Assembly (NCBI GenBank): GCA_001643675.2
Contig: LSRY02000022.1
Coordinates: forward strand, 310,001-374,000
Reading direction: 5' to 3'
Origin: Monocercomonoides exilis PA203
Lineage: Eukaryota; Protista; Preaxostyla
Length of the DNA stretch: 64,000 nucleotides
Every line of letters begins with the position of its first letter. Position 1 is the stretch's first letter. The notes beneath the pieces are model-generated. The model was not told where the DNA came from and did no database searches. It worked only from the letters and a program-made list of their open reading frames with translations. The position numbers and the translations under genes were made by a program. Of the stretch, positions 27,301-36,909 are shown piece by piece.

Positions 27301-30300
27301 AATTACACTCTCTTCCACAACAAGAATTTGACTAATAAGTTCTGAAGTCAGATGCATTAGTCCATGCTCAATTGAATAACATGGAAGTGTGTTGGTTCCA
27401 CATTGCTTCTCATTCGATCCATTCACACTGCAAACAATGATTGTGTCGCTTTGATGAATTGTTATCAGTCCGATCAGATCTGTTTCTGTTGGATAATCAC
27501 AGCTATCAATTCCATATATTGCATTGTTACGAGTGTAATATCCCTCTCGAAGATCAAACCGAAATTGCGTTTCATTGATCTGCAATGTTATGCTGAAGCA
27601 TTCGATGAAAATATCATTCCCCACACTTGCTGTATTCGAACTGAATTTCATTCCCACAAATGTGAAATTCAATTCCCCTGTTTCCTTTGTTGCCAGATAC
27701 ACTCCTCCTCCTCTTCCTGAACTGAAACTGCAGCTGCAATGGCTGATTGTTGAGTCAATCATCTTCATTGATCCTGATGCACCCAATGTGAAGAATATTG
27801 CCCCTCCTTTTTCACTTGTTTCTGCTTTGTCTTCTGTGATGTTGCTCGAATTCACAACCAAACAAATCTTATTCTCACTCTTTGATTGCAGAATGCTTGC
27901 TCCATTGTCACTCCTCCTCACTCCTGAAAATGATGAATTGTCAATATTGAGATTCATTTCCTCACCCATTTCATTAATCTTTGTTGTTAATTCAGTTCTT
28001 TTGATCAGAAGAAGGCGTTCGCTGCTTTCATTCAACGATTCCACATGAACATTCTTCAACTGGCAAGAAACTCCAACATCATTAATTGCAAATATGTTGT
28101 TTCCAACATTGCATGATTCAATCGACAAATCATTCACTTCCACGCTGCCTCCAATCACATCCACAAACACACAATCAAATCCATTGTTCACTCCTGCTTC
28201 TGAATGGAGCGAACATTCACTTATCACCAAATCTCCATTTCTGTTTGAAATAATTGTTTTGGCTGAGTTGACAAATCCAGTTGTCAGCTGCATCTGGATA
28301 TTCATCAATTCAAGATGATCATCATTTTCCATGAAATATTCCAATTGATTTCCAATTGCCTTTTCAAAATTAAAGACTGCTTTTTTATCCTCTTCTCCCA
28401 TCTTTTCACTCTTTTTGATCTGATAATTGGAAACATTAAATGAATCCCGAATGAAAGTTGATCCTTCAATTTGAATTGTTTTCTTTCCAATCTCCTTTTT
28501 CATGTTCATCATCCCTTTCCACATTGTGAAACATGGCTCTTCCTCACTTCCACAACGCGCCACATCAAATCCATTCGATGAAATAAATATCTCAGTTGAG
28601 CTGAATGGAATGAGAAACATGAACAAATCTTTGTTTGAATGAAAGTTGTCACTTCCAACAAACAAATTGTCATCCTTCATCGATGAATAATCGAAGGCAA
28701 ATGATTCATTTGTCATGGAAGTATTAAAATCCTTTCCCTTAATGAACATGTTCTTTCCAATGGCAGCATTGTTGTTTTCAAACTTTATATCTTCAAATAG
28801 AAATGGTTTTTGATACAAACAATTTCGACAATCCAAATACAAGAATCCTCCTTTTCCATTTCCTGATGAAAGTGAGCAAGATGATGCATTTGTTGATTTG
28901 ATAACAAATTTTTCATTCTCTTTCAAAACCACTCTTGCAACACCTCCTTCACCGCTTCCAGTGTTCACAATGTTTGAAAAGTTGTTGTTTTCAAACAAAA
29001 CAGAAGAAGCCATCGCCAATGGTGATTTGACAAATGAACAATCTGCAAAACTGCATCCCTTCAATGTGCAACTTCCAGTGGTTGTAGTTATCAATGAGTA
29101 TTGAATGGCCGTTGCTGATTGAATCTCAAATAAACAGTTTTCAAGTTGAAGATTATTACTCGAAGAGATCAATGAATTCACACTTGGTGTAAATTGATTT
29201 GGAATCTGTAACTTCAAAGATAACAAGCTGAGTGGCTGAATTGATGAAATAACAGATGAAGTCGATTCAGAATTCCCTTTGATTGTCCCTTCAAAATGAA
29301 TAGGCTTGTGTTTGGTTTCATCTCCCTCATTCACGTACCCATCAATTACAAGTGCATCTGCGAAGGAATAGATATCTTCAATTGTCCCTTCATCTTTCAC
29401 TTTCACTTTCATTTCTCCAACTGCTCCACTTCTGTCAATATGGTCAATTCCACTTTTCATCGATTCACATGGAAATATTTCACTCCCACAACCCAATGTG
29501 TCATGCCCACCAGTCGACACAGACACCTCCTCCCACTTCAAAGAAACAAGAAACACTCGAAGATCCATTTCTTCATATTTCCCATCTTCCCCAACAAATG
29601 CATTCTCATCATAAGAATATGCCGAGTAATCAAATGCAAAACGCTCGGTCTTCACACTGTTCACCAGATTCCCACTCTTCACAAACATGTTCTTCCCAAC
29701 TGTTGCTGAGCACCCAGAAAATGAAATAGATGAGATCTGAAATCCTCCTTCATTCAGACTGCAATCCAGATATATCCCTCCTCCTTTTCCTCCCTCACTC
29801 ATATTCTTGCAAATACATCCAACAAATGTGCTCTCTTGAATTGCAATGTATCCTTCTGCACTCAACACTATTTTCAATGCTCCTCCTTCTTTGCTCTTCT
29901 TCGAAATTGCACCTTCAATTGAACTTCCATTCATCACCATTCCAACTCCCACACTCCCTCCAAATACGGCTGCCTTTCCCTCAACTGCTGTTGTGCTATC
30001 AATTTTCAATCCTTTCAATGTGCAATTCGACAGCTTCACTTTGTATTCCTTATCATTCACATTTCCAGACGAAAGAGAAATTGAAAACAACGAAACTGTT
30101 GATTTCACATCTGAAATCGTGACGAAGTCGAGTTCAATCATCTTTCCTGTCGATTTGATTAAGAAAAATGTAATTGTTCTTCCCTTCCCTCCAATCACAC
30201 TTATCTCACAGTTCTTCATGAACAGCTCACCATTTTGAGTGCTTGATTCGATCACTGATGTGATTGTTCTACTAAAACTCGATGGAACAACAATCCCAAT

Positions 30301-33300
30301 GAACTCCATTTCAGTGAGTGATGATGATTTAAGAATGCATTCTTCAGATCCACTCACTTCTCTTTCGCATTCCATCTCCACAACTGTCTCAGCTTTGGCC
30401 TTCACACTCATTCCCCCCACATCAACGCATCCAGTTACAGTCGATTTTGAGCACAAAATAATTTCCTCTTTTGTGTTCTGTGTTCGCTTCAGATGCCCCA
30501 TTCCATAATTCACATTCAAACATGGCGCCTTTTCAATCCCACAATACAATACCTCCTTCCCAGATGTTCCATCAACATAAATCGAATCATCAAAGTATCC
30601 ATCCAAAAATATGAATAAATCGACATCCCAATCACCAAATGCTTCTGTTCTGTCATGTCCAGCAATTGAGTTGTCTTTTGAAGAGATACTTCTCATGAAA
30701 GTGAACAAGGGCTCTTTCACAGAAGCGACAAATGATTGGCACACAAAATATATATCTCTTCCAACACTCGCCTTGTTGGCTGAAAACACGATATTGGTGA
30801 TGGAAAAGGTTGTGGATGACACTTCTGAATCATCGTTGTACTCGATCATGAGAGCACCGCCTCTTCCTCCAGAACTTGTATCCTCGCTCACACAGCAGGT
30901 GGAGAAGGTGGAATCACTCACAGAAAATGTGTTGGAAGAGGCAGATGAGGCGAATGAGATGCACCCGCCATTGGTGGCAGTCTGTTTGCTCAACTGTTCT
31001 GAGTTGATGTTGGTGATGGTGCAGTTGGTGAGGGAGAGGGAGAGGGCAGGGGAGGTGGCAGAGGAGAGGACACAGCTGGTGGGAGAAGCTGTGGAGGTGA
31101 TGTGGGTGATGCTGGAGGAGTTGAGGGTGAGGGGATTTGTGAGGGAGATGAGGTGGAAGATGCTTTGGCTGTTGAGGGTGAGACTGGTGATTGCTGTGTG
31201 GTTGAGGGCGAGGGAGCCAGCAGTGAGGAAGAAGAGGGGGGTTGTGATTGAATTGGAGGTTGTTCCGGTGATGGTGGTTGTGTTGAGGTTGAGGGAAGGG
31301 GAGTTATCGGAGAGGTGGAAGAGGATGGGGGTGATTGCATTTGTGGAGTTGTGGGCGATGGCGAGGGCAGAGACTGTGAGGGAGCCCTGAGTCTGTTGGA
31401 AGAGGGCAGACGAGGCAGATGGATCTGGTGAAGAAGATGTTGATAATGATGAAAACGATGAAAACGATGATGTTGATTGTGATGACTGCGAATATGAGTT
31501 TGATGGTTGGGGAATGCCACTGGAGGCGATGGTGGTGGCAGTTGTGCCATTTCCAGTGATTTTAGTGTCAACTGCATTAAAAGTGAGTGTTTGAGTGGGG
31601 ACAAATGTTGAGCTGAGGAGGGTGAGGGAGGCGTCTTGGAGGAGGGAAATGAAGCCAGTGAGGGCATACTCGATGGTGGCACATGGGGTCTGTTGGGGTC
31701 TGCCACAGGCATCAGCATCAGTTCCATTGCTGGCAACAATTTTGTTCTGGGCAATGAGGGGGAGCCATCCATTATACACAGGGTTATCATCTTGTCCATT
31801 ATTATACACTCTTTTAGTTGGGGTTGTTGATCCACAATTCTCGAATGGTGATTGGGTGATGCTGCTTCCATTGAAAAACACATCATTGCCCCTGCCATTT
31901 TTGGCAGTGTTGCCATCGAAGAAGCAGAATGTGATGAATTTTATTCCATTCATCCAGGAATATGTATCTCTGAAATACACTGCAGCACCTCCATATTTAA
32001 CAGAGGCAGTCAATTTGTTATTTATAAATTGGCAATCATTGACTAAAAATTGATTTGGTTTGTTATATGGAGGATAATTAAATGTGAGAGAGCCTGTCGA
32101 ATCGCCACCAGAATTTGCAATGCACTTGCATTTGGTGAACAAGAATTGGCCAGACGCAGACAAGTCATTCAGCCTGTAATACCAACCAGTTCCGCACCAA
32201 TCAGTTATTGAACAGCTTTCAACTCTGTTTTCTGAGAATGAATAAACAGAAGATGATTGTCGACCATCTATCACAGTTGCTCCTCCATGTAAAGCATAAC
32301 AGTTTGTGAAATTAGATTTTGCAATGTTGATTTTCAACAAATAGTAACAGCACAACGCTCCTCCATGATCACTTGTTGAACAGTTGTCAAATGAGCAAGA
32401 AGTGATTGTGAGATTTGCATTTGTGCAAGAAACATAAAGCGCACCACCAGATGAAGATCCACCATTTGAGTCATTCCATTCACACCATTCAAAGCGATGG
32501 CTGTTTAAATCGAATGAAGACATTCTTCCAGGAGTTTTTCGATCAGTTTCATTTCCAACATGTACAACAGGAGCATTTGATAAAGTGCGTGTTTGGTGGA
32601 GGAAAGAAGCATTGAAGGCAGAGAGAGAAGTGGATGGGTCGTTAAGGTTGGGGAGGATGAAGCCATCGATGGGGTTGTGGGTGTGTTTGAAGAGAGATGA
32701 GTGGATGAAGAGGGATGAGTGAAGGGAGAAAGAGGGGATTGAATTGATGTTGATGTTGGTGGTAGTGGAAGAGAGAGAAGAGGAAGAAGTGGTTGAGGTG
32801 AATGGATTGAGTGAGTGTGAGGGAAGGGATGGAAGAGATAGATGGGATTGAGGAGATGAGATGTTGGAGAAGAGGGTGTTTGAGAGATGGAGATTGAGAT
32901 GGATTTGGAGGTGGGGATGGGGTTGGTGATGGACGTGGAGAGGGGAAGGGGAAGGGGAAGAGGAAATCGAAGGGGAAGGGGAAGGGGAAGAGGAAATCGA
33001 AGGGGAAGGGGATGGAGAAGGGGAAGAAGATGATGAGGATGAGGATGAGTATGAGAAAGATGAAGATGATGGGGAAGGGGAAAGGGAAGGAGAAGAAATT
33101 GAAGAAGGAGAAAAAAGGAAGGGCTGGGTAAGTGAGATGAAGGAGGAGAAAGAGGAGTGGGAGATGGAGAATGAGACAGGGATTGGGGAGTGGGCATCTG
33201 AGAGGAGATTGTTTGGGGTGGAGAAGAGGGGGAAGGAGAGGATGGCAGGTTGGTGGGTGGTGAGGGAGATGTTTGTGAGGGCGAGGGAGGCATGGGCAGA

Positions 33301-33438
33301 GAGGAAAAGTGGAGATTTTGTTGCTGGTTGGGCTTGGCACGTGGAATATAAAATGGAGGCAGCTGAGTGGTGTTGGGCAGTGAGGAGTGGATAACCAGCG
33401 AGAGGGATGATGTTGAGATGTGTCACACACAAGGAGGT
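24311..33438. repeat. Copy 1 of a ~9-kb dispersed direct duplication (copy 2 at ~54979..>64000)
   Basis: Homology starts at ttgaagat(t/a)atcttcatgaaataatgt, ~600 bp beyond the stop codon, and continues through the gene. Confidence 0.85.
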
Positions 33439-33603
33439 GTTGATGACGGAGATGCTTGTTTCAATGCATCCGATATGATCGAATAATACATTCTGAACGT
33501 TCACTGCTGGCCCAATCGGAACAATATTTTTTGCTTCGGTGTCTTTCGCGAGCACACTTAACATTATAACCGGTAAAAATACTGCCATCAGATTCCTTGC
33601 CAT
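24907..33603 (-). CDS. Giant receptor-like membrane protein (~2900 aa): signal peptide, Ser/Pro/His region, tandem pectin-lyase-like beta-helix modules, TM helix, degenerate kinase C-lobe
   Basis: Likely start MARNLMAVFLPVIMLSVLA (ATG 33603). Five GxDxxxCGxxxxPC-type motifs with GGA(L/I) and FxxNxA repeats; TM WSLFAFIGCIVVLVIFVGLFVVVVVFL-RKK; tail RWKAPE..VFTLGLILHEMTTGEVP..DPNGRP. Confidence 0.85.
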   Translation of the reverse strand: MARNLMAVFLPVIMLSVLAKDTEAKNIVPIGPAVNVQNVLFDHIGCIETSISVINTSLCVTHLNIIPLAGYPLLTAQHHSAASILYSTCQAQPATKSPLFLSAHASLALTNISLTTHQPAILSFPLFSTPNNLLSDAHSPIPVSFSISHSSFSSFISLTQPFLFSPSSISSPSLSPSPSSSSFSYSSSSSSSSSPSPSPSPSISSSPSPSPSISSSPSPSPLHVHHQPHPHLQIHLNLHLSNTLFSNISSPQSHLSLPSLPSHSLNPFTSTTSSSSLSSTTTNININSIPSFSLHSSLFIHSSLFKHTHNPIDGFILPNLNDPSTSLSAFNASFLHQTRTLSNAPVVHVGNETDRKTPGRMSSFDLNSHRFEWCEWNDSNGGSSSGGALYVSCTNANLTITSCSFDNCSTSDHGGALCCYYLLKINIAKSNFTNCYALHGGATVIDGRQSSSVYSFSENRVESCSITDWCGTGWYYRLNDLSASGQFLFTKCKCIANSGGDSTGSLTFNYPPYNKPNQFLVNDCQFINNKLTASVKYGGAAVYFRDTYSWMNGIKFITFCFFDGNTAKNGRGNDVFFNGSSITQSPFENCGSTTPTKRVYNNGQDDNPVYNGWLPLIAQNKIVASNGTDADACGRPQQTPCATIEYALTGFISLLQDASLTLLSSTFVPTQTLTFNAVDTKITGNGTTATTIASSGIPQPSNSYSQSSQSTSSFSSFSSLSTSSSPDPSASSALFQQTQGSLTVSALAIAHNSTNAITPILFHLSDNSPSLNLNTTTITGTTSNSITTPLFFLTAGSLALNHTAITSLTLNSQSIFHLISLTNPLTLNSSSITHITSTASPTSCVLSSATSPALSLSLTNCTITNINSEQLSKQTATNGGCISFASSASSNTFSVSDSTFSTCCVSEDTSSGGRGGALMIEYNDDSEVSSTTFSITNIVFSANKASVGRDIYFVCQSFVASVKEPLFTFMRSISSKDNSIAGHDRTEAFGDWDVDLFIFLDGYFDDSIYVDGTSGKEVLYCGIEKAPCLNVNYGMGHLKRTQNTKEEIILCSKSTVTGCVDVGGMSVKAKAETVVEMECEREVSGSEECILKSSSLTEMEFIGIVVPSSFSRTITSVIESSTQNGELFMKNCEISVIGGKGRTITFFLIKSTGKMIELDFVTISDVKSTVSLFSISLSSGNVNDKEYKVKLSNCTLKGLKIDSTTAVEGKAAVFGGSVGVGMVMNGSSIEGAISKKSKEGGALKIVLSAEGYIAIQESTFVGCICKNMSEGGKGGGIYLDCSLNEGGFQISSISFSGCSATVGKNMFVKSGNLVNSVKTERFAFDYSAYSYDENAFVGEDGKYEEMDLRVFLVSLKWEEVSVSTGGHDTLGCGSEIFPCESMKSGIDHIDRSGAVGEMKVKVKDEGTIEDIYSFADALVIDGYVNEGDETKHKPIHFEGTIKGNSESTSSVISSIQPLSLLSLKLQIPNQFTPSVNSLISSSNNLQLENCLFEIQSATAIQYSLITTTTGSCTLKGCSFADCSFVKSPLAMASSVLFENNNFSNIVNTGSGEGGVARVVLKENEKFVIKSTNASSCSLSSGNGKGGFLYLDCRNCLYQKPFLFEDIKFENNNAAIGKNMFIKGKDFNTSMTNESFAFDYSSMKDDNLFVGSDNFHSNKDLFMFLIPFSSTEIFISSNGFDVARCGSEEEPCFTMWKGMMNMKKEIGKKTIQIEGSTFIRDSFNVSNYQIKKSEKMGEEDKKAVFNFEKAIGNQLEYFMENDDHLELMNIQMQLTTGFVNSAKTIISNRNGDLVISECSLHSEAGVNNGFDCVFVDVIGGSVEVNDLSIESCNVGNNIFAINDVGVSCQLKNVHVESLNESSERLLLIKRTELTTKINEMGEEMNLNIDNSSFSGVRRSDNGASILQSKSENKICLVVNSSNITEDKAETSEKGGAIFFTLGASGSMKMIDSTISHCSCSFSSGRGGGVYLATKETGELNFTFVGMKFSSNTASVGNDIFIECFSITLQINETQFRFDLREGYYTRNNAIYGIDSCDYPTETDLIGLITIHQSDTIIVCSVNGSNEKQCGTNTLPCYSIEHGLMHLTSELISQILVVEESVIGEEISLKEMSLSSKNRENCDVEVKSNIEKTKDSLISTTGAVSLMRVNFVFDSNFISSHESLISPEGGILEIMNCSFNSKQLNEEGNVVFAIIPFRIINIEKGELQLDGCTISNLIFYESSFSLSSPLPSVIDSLTICNSTIETSLIDINECGQLTIKDFNTENITVEGNGESLISCSSMKKKIQLVNCTMGGVSSNKAKGRLMKLEDCLDVKMDNCIFDGSAKERNEQYLNAKEEKCRWDGSVVDIVKSFVMMKDTTISNSPEGGITMSGGALTVNDGKFENNNPSIEGYPSLRKNIICSDSGTLNVKSLKGGDGLKDNTSLWMLNEGCSFEGIVSERDSSFFIPVLESVEAKEETDRMKLTFKGILLIPCNLSFSTVKRKGEEKEIEKHDFDSNGFLSEREVEGSVGKDLISSCGDETEVSVCILFGDAGFPSSTKSIILKNKSETEPKGDEIISKGEEQIEWSLFAFIGCIVVLVIFVGLFVVVVVFLRKKLRESEKKVEKERLENEEIMGKIERRRRENNGGSFEMSEMPSTLLEGMTSQIPLLIDNDEEDLPEPPSMSNDEILNENDLPDLESPLSFSENDSVSLISQSHSFNVISAKKPFREKEKKNIKTLHSVIHSVQGNFTLGTRAMDVVDGKEVVLAVAELFEHLISVGDERVEMMGKQLCPYSIFVEEGNNEIYVLTKELEDEKEKEEMKRWKAPEEGIEDEGIEKGVVFTLGLILHEMTTGEVPLSECEAEEAQEMMRDGVRPLTEGIEGEELIEVMEKMWGDDPNGRPKLAEVIRLLIEMMESDGE
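32941..33010 (+). repeat. 30-bp G-rich tandem repeat (~2.3 copies) encoding SPSPSPSISS
   Basis: aggggaaggggaaggggaagaggaaatcga repeated; not present in this form in the paralogue. Confidence 0.8.
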
Positions 33604-34160
33604 ATTCCTCAAGATATATGACTTCCAAACATAATCAAAAATGAAATATATATTATGCGAATGATCAAAAATATCAAGAAAATTTGATGATATGAAATAT
33701 AAATTCATAATATGATTAAAATGACAAATTAATGAGAATAAATATTCAAAACAAATATAAAAGATTGAAATTCATTTTGTTTTTCAATTCAATTGATGAA
33801 TCATTTTTATTTCACAGTTTTTCAAATTTTTCTATCAATGCAATCACATGATTCTATTATTTCATGGATAAATTAACAACGAACTGCACATCTGGAAAGA
33901 AATTAAGACATATTAATTCTATTTATTGAATGCTTATTAATCATTAACCATTTTGAATGAACATTTTTTTTTTGAAAATAATTAATTAAAAAGAAGAAAT
34001 TGAAAAACTTCGAAAATAAGTGTTAAACAAAAAAATTCAAGAAAGAATTATTAGATATCACAGCGAAAGATATATTACAAATGATGTTTGAAATAATTTT
34101 GTTTTTTATGAATTCATTTGTTTTGCCATTTCAAGTGATAGAAAAAAGTGCATTTATGTT

Positions 34161-35427
34161 GTGTGATTTTTTTATCCGGACATTTTTTTTTATCCGGACA
34201 TTTTTTTCATTGGTGTTTCTCAATAAATAAAAACTTAAAATAGAAAAATCATATTGAACCAGGTTTGAATACGTATTTCATGTTTATAAAAAAATTTTTT
34301 TTTCATTTAAATTTTTGTTATTGATGAAGATCTTGAGAATTTTTAATTACAGATATCGCAAAAAATTCCGGACATCGCACAAAATACCGGACAAGATCGA
34401 TATCTCAATAACCACAAGAAGAAAAATTCTGTGAAATTTCCTCTTAACATATTTCATCAATACAAACTCACGTGACATACAAGTCTTTCATTACTTCCTC
34501 ATTTATGCTCAGAGAAAATTGTTATTTAATTCTCGGAGAAATAGGTTCTTGAGTTTCTCCGAGATTTCAAAAATAATTTTTAATGAGCACAAATGAAGCT
34601 ATTTTGAAAGTCTTGTTCATCAAATGAGTTTGCGTCGATTAGATATATTTTGAGGAAATTTTTTCGAATTTTTCCTCTTGCGGTTATTGAGATATCGATC
34701 TTGTCCGGTATTTTGTGCGATGTCCGGAATTTTTTGCGATATCTGTAATTTTTGATCATTTGTTTTGTCCATTTTGGACTATCTTTCTTTTTTTATTTAT
34801 TTTTAACTATAAGGCTATGAAACACACACAATGAAATTTTATAATTGCAAATATTATTTATTTTTAATTATTTGGGTGATTCTTTTTGAAAAGTCACAAA
34901 TGTTTTATTTTCAACAAAATCTTAAATTTCATATTTTGCTAAGTATTTCGTTAACAAATATCAAACTTCACTTAAATAAAATCTATTTCTTGATAATGCG
35001 ATTTCGAACATTTTTGAGGAGATTTGAGAGCTGAAACAGAAATTTGAGGAAAGAATAAAATTTTTGATACATTGAAAATAAAACATTTGTGACTTTTCAA
35101 AAAGAATCACCCAAATAATTAAAAATAAATAATATTTGCAATTATAAAATTTCATTGTGTGTGTTTCATAGCCTTATAGTTAAAAATAAATAAAAAAAGA
35201 AAGATAGTCCAAAATGGACAAAACAAATGATCAAAAATTAATTAAAAATTCTCAAGATCTTCATCAATAACAAAAATTTAAATGAAAAAAAATTTTTTTA
35301 TAAACATGAAATACGTATTCAAACCTGGTTCAATATGATTTTTCTATTTTAAGTTTTTATTTATTGAGAAACACCAATGAAAAAAATGTCCGGATAAAAA
35401 AAAATGTCCGGATAAAAAAAATCACAC
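34161..35427. mobile_element. Non-autonomous foldback/MITE-like element with 356-bp terminal inverted arms
   Basis: Left arm 34161-34914, after removing the nested insert and duplicated TA, is the reverse complement of right arm 35072-35427. 157-bp spacer; termini GTGTGA...TCACAC with tandem TATCCGGACA motifs. No TSD seen. Confidence 0.9.
34350..34745. mobile_element. 396-bp Tc1/mariner-type MITE nested in the left arm of the foldback element
   Basis: TA|CAGATATCGC...GCGATATCTG|TA. 64-bp perfect TIRs, then an imperfect palindrome to the centre. The opposite arm shows the empty site with a single TA. Confidence 0.93.
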
Positions 35428-35665
35428 TATTTTCATATAAATCATTGCAATTATCAGAAAAATGAAATGAATAATTATAAATTATTACTTTCTCAATGTT
35501 TCTATTTATGAAAACTATCTTTAAAGATGAGGTTTAAAATTTATGATTCATTTGAAAAAATTTTTAACTTTATGTATTTTGAAAAACTCTTTGAAGTTTC
35601 AAAATTTCATATCAAATTATTATTATTATTATTATTATTATTATTTTGAATAAGAATGTCAGAAT

Positions 35666-35925
35666 TATGATCATGCGAAATTAAATGTGGCTAATCCTTT
35701 TTGAAATCACACTTTCGTTCTAGTTTTAATCAAAAAAATTTATTTAAAGGGATTTTGAAAAGTTGAACTTAAACCGATAATACATATTGTCCATGATGTT
35801 GTTATTATTAAAACAAAATTATTACCAAAATCCCACTGAGATAGAAATTTTGATCAAAACTTGAACGAAAGTCTGATTTCAAAAAGGATCATCCATATCA
35901 TAAAAAATTCCGACGTTTGATCATA
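35666..35925. mobile_element. Degenerate ~260-bp palindromic MITE-like element
   Basis: atcctttttgaaatcacactttcgttctagttttaatcaaaa (35694) pairs with ttttgatcaaaacttgaacgaaagtctgatttcaaaaaggat (ends 35889) with 3 mismatches. Inner gggattttg/caaaatccc and outer tatgatca/tgatcata pairs. Confidence 0.7.
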
Positions 35926-36207
35926 CATTTTTTTCATTAAAGGTGGGGTTGATGAGATAATTTTTATTGAAAATTACATGAAAATATTGTTTAACATATT
36001 GTCATTATTAATTATTTGTTGATTTTAATTTGATTTTAATTGCTTTTATTGCTAATTTTGAAAAAAACAAAAAAAATTATTCTGAAAAATCAAAACTTAA
36101 GTACATAGAACAATAGACTTGTTCAATCGTTAATATAACATGATTACAATAATTACGATTATGTAATGTACACCAAAAATAATTCTAATTCGAAAAAAAA
36201 TAATTCG

Positions 36208-36277
36208 ATTTCGAATATGAATATTTCAATTTCGAATATGAATATTTCAATTTCGAATATGAATATTTCAATTTCGA
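36208..36277. repeat. 21-bp minisatellite, ~3.3 copies
   Basis: Unit atttcgaatatgaatatttca repeated exactly. Confidence 0.85.
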
Positions 36278-36909
36278 AATTCATTAAAAACCGAAAATTT
36301 TTATTTATCTCTATAACGCATTTCAGAAAATTTCAAGTTATTTTTTAATCAATCAAATGTAATTACTCAAAGAAAACTGTTTTTTTTATTGAAACAATCA
36401 AAAAGTCAATTTTTTAAAATTTTTTTCCATTTTTGAAAATCATCACTGAAATGATAGAAATTTTTTGAATATTCATTCTATTAAAAAAACAATTTTAAAT
36501 CTTTTCAATTAAATTTTTTAATGAAAAACCTTTTTATGTGCCCATAATTATATAATTTTTTAATGATCTTTTCTGATTTTGGTAAAAGTGAGTTTTTCGG
36601 AAGATTAGAACCATTAATATTTATTAATCCATGCCATCCAAACAATAAGATGAATATGCAAAAAAAACATTTGTTTTAATTCAAATATGTTTGCGCCATT
36701 TTCATTAAATAACTTTCAGTTACTTTTTTTTCCTTATTTTGTGGATATAACAGTTATTTCTGTTGAAATTATGTGGACAAATATGCAGTTGAATCTACTG
36801 TTTGAACAAAATAAAACATCTATGCTCGGACTTCCAGCTGACTTTTACCGAATTTTTATTTGTTAAAAATATGTTTGTTTTTTGTTTCATATCAGATCAA
36901 AATAGATTT

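Noticed and set aside
24859-33430. Numerous antisense ORFs conserved between the two receptor copies
   Set aside because: Conservation follows from the duplicated sense gene and its codon bias; no independent motifs.
33604-33708. 35-codon N-terminal extension of the 2933-aa ORF
   Set aside because: AT-rich UTR-like sequence; the signal peptide begins at the ATG at 33603.
34831-35155. Two ORFs on opposite strands with identical N-termini (MKFYNCKYYLF...)
   Set aside because: A by-product of the inverted arms of the foldback element; no coding signal.
34150-35440. Target-site duplication for the outer foldback element
   Set aside because: Flanks catttatgtt and tattttcata show no convincing direct repeat, so no superfamily was assigned.
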